Assembly: GCA_040954595.2 (NCBI GenBank)
Contig: CM082597.2
Location: forward strand, 1,656,886 to 1,720,885
DNA from: Balanoglossus misakiensis
Taxonomy: Eukaryota; Animalia; Hemichordata
DNA: 64,000 nucleotides
Direction: 5' to 3'
Shown: positions 61,701 through 64,000 of the stretch, in pieces
Position numbering within the stretch: position 1 is the first letter of the stretch
How the letters are laid out: every line of letters begins with the position of its first letter
Made by a program: the position numbers and the translations under genes
The notes under the pieces: model-generated
Seen by the model: only the letters and a program-made list of their open reading frames with translations
Databases searched by the model: none
What the model was told of the DNA's origin: nothing

Positions 61701-63987
61701 CCATCAGCGAGAAGCAGCAGGGTTGACGACGGCAAATCTTGAACAGATTGGGATAGGGCGTGATTCAACGATCCGTGTTATATGCCAGGGTTTTACACTG
61801 TTTGTAAAAAGCGCTCACCACGCCAATTTTAAAAATCTAATTAAATTCAGACGAAGTGTTGGGGCAAGCTGATGGGAGATGAAAACCGGGAGATCATTTC
61901 GGCAATTCATCACGTGATTGTGAGAAGGTATTCTATTTTTAAATGTCAAAGCCGGAAATGATTGCGCAGACGGCCACCCTTGAAGTCATAAAATGAGCAG
62001 TATTTAACAAGCCGTTATTCACACAACTCGCGTTAAAACACAATGTCCGTTTGATTACATTATTCCCGGGTTGGCGTAGGTCTCAGACAGTCGCACAGGG
62101 CACGCATTTCTGCGGTGTATTTTACTGGAATATAGGTTAACGCGACTGAACGTTGACGCTTATTACTTGATGTTTCTGGAGACAACCTTGTTTGTCGTGA
62201 ATTAACCAAGCGCATTTTGTCAAATTTAAACGACTGCCACCGAATGGATTTAACTGTTATAGCATTTAGTACATTGATGATGTTTTCACCGACTCGGCGA
62301 CATCAGAGTGTTTACAGCGCTGCCATGTCAACCCGGATCGGTCTTGAGTTTTAACCAGGATGCAGTGCGGTAGTTCGAGTATCTGAGTGGGTTTATATGT
62401 TCGATGAAAAATTGATCCTTTGTTTGTTGTTTACTCTGTTGAAGTCGGGCTCCGAAGTTAGCTTCACTTAAAATAAATACTATTGTTCTTTCTCCAGGTA
62501 TTGTCTACAGAGTTTGCAAGCATGACGTCACCTGGCAGATTCCCGACTTCACAAGATGCGTATCTCCTACACTGGCAACTTTAAAAGAGCAGGTGAGACT
62601 GTCACAGAACATTTCAATATCTGTCGTGTAATACATCCGATTTTCCTGAAAAGAATTAGGATTACAGAAATAATCCTTGAGTATGCATTGATGGTATACT
62701 TAATATCACATTGTGTAATTGTATCATTTAAGTATTATGTAAGTTGGGAATTATGATATGGCAACTGTCATCAATACATTTTTGTATAGTATGAAATTAT
62801 TCTATTTTTCCGGCAGGCTGAAAACCTAGACCATAATGCATCGGGTCACCTTCATCTGGCTGAAGATTTACAGAATGCTTCCAAACCGGCCAAACTGGTT
62901 GTATCCGGTGATCTTGTCGCCGCCATATCCATCGTGTATTCGTTGATGGACGATACATTTTTAATCGCCTGCAATGCCACGTCATCTTTGGTGAGAAACT
63001 TCACCCAGGTGAGTTTGATCAAGTGTGTTGTTCACTGCAAGCGTGTTAAGTTTTCTCTTTTTGAGTTTCGGATATATTCTGCCACCTGCATTCTATAAAG
63101 ATCAAGATGACTGTGAGATTTCCGCATCAACTAAATATCTGAATAAACACTATAAAAGTGTCTCTCTTCTGTTTCTTAGGCTGTCTTAATTTCTGCCAAT
63201 CAGCTTCTCGATGAGGATTACATTGAATTTTGGAATGAAATCCATCAGGTAAGTGTATAATGTTCAGCTTACATTTTTCCTGACAATGTTATGTTGCACA
63301 GGACAAACAAACATGGCCAATCGTGTTAAATGGACCCAAATTTTAAAACTTTTGTTCAACTCTGCACCATTTCTAATTTCATACGAAGCTTGACTTGTTT
63401 ATCGCCAACGTATATGACATAAAAGAATAATCAACGTAAATCAAGGGATGGTAATTTTAATCGATATTAGAGGCAATCAAGCTAGGTCAAATCTTTGACA
63501 GATATTTCCGTGACCAGCTGTGGTTGCAAACGGAAGCACTCTGCTTGAGATGTCGTCTGGGCCAAGAATGGGTATACCTCGGGACGAAAAGCCATTAATC
63601 CATAAATTACTGGTTGGATAATACATCGGATGTTTACTAACCGCTGGAGGCGCTTCTGAAATTTACGAGCAAAACTGTGCAGCATTACTGATGTAATGAT
63701 TGGTTATATCATTAGTAACTCTGTCCCTCAAGCTACACTTTGTACTGAAAAAAGGACACGTTGCATTTCGTCATACCTGTCAGTTGAAATGGCCAGATTT
63801 TCCCCGTATATAATCCTCCATTGAGAATACTTGTAAAATAAAAGATTGCTCTCTTGTTCGTTTCAGGTTTCTGATGCAGACGCAATATTTTATTTCTTGG
63901 AGAAGCTGGATTTATTTTATCAAGATGTACTGTCTTGTTACTCTCGTGTAAATATTACTGTGAGCCGAATTTTTACGAAAAATTTAG
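52787..63987 (+). CDS. Adhesion GPCR, 5' part (signal peptide, HRM, GAIN); join(52787..52844,60327..60470,62498..62592,62817..63008,63180..63248,63867..63987), continues beyond the window
   Basis: Phase-consistent GT-AG exons: MLVWLCGVLVAYWISPVSP | VTDAST..CPEESSEGYDWPSISAGTNASESCPDGSV | GIVYRVCKHDVTWQIPDFTRCVS (4-Cys/2-Trp HRM) | LAEDLQNASK..SGDLVAAI | ANQLLDEDYIEFWNEIHQ | ..IFTKNL (GAIN-like). The signal exon link spans 7.5 kb and is less certain. A possible upstream Met-Lys exon end lies at 50364-50369. Confidence 0.85.
53002..53073. repeat. Three-copy tandem repeat of CCAATATGGCCGCCGATT
   Basis: Three exact 18-bp cores; the two spacers both end in atccaat. Located in the aGPCR intron. 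Confidence 0.9.
54625..54684. repeat. Compound microsatellite (GTGA)n(ATGA)n(ACGA)n
   Basis: Directly visible single-base stepwise changes of the repeat unit. Confidence 0.95.
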
Positions 63988-64000
63988 GTCAGTGATCAAT

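Overview
Animal genomic DNA with spliceosomal introns, most consistent with an invertebrate deuterostome such as a hemichordate (inference from gene content and repeat style). Supported content: (1) a tandem array of five same-strand paralogs (3.5-20.6 kb) encoding type II membrane proteins with a stem, a beta-rich/Ig-like segment and an SGNH/PC-esterase domain (NXPE/CPED1/CASD1-like O-acyltransferase/esterase superfamily). All five have an atypical CxCG[ND]xH catalytic block, their stem lengths differ widely, one has a GC-AG intron, one has lost both intron and stem, and copies 4 and 5 share gene-conversion-like tracts. (2) A TRIM-NHL E3 ligase gene next to a related NHL-only gene. (3) A U6 snRNA gene with a compensatory change in its 5' stem. 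(4) A small TPR protein gene with an MGNGLCC dual-acylation N-terminus, head-to-head with a complete 9-exon PPOX gene. (5) The 5' part of an adhesion GPCR (signal peptide, HRM, GAIN) running off the window end. Non-coding DNA holds a family of 15-54 bp palindromes flanked by 7-8 bp direct repeats that look like P-element-type excision footprints, plus other MITE-like elements and microsatellites. All gene models were spliced by eye and no database searches were run.
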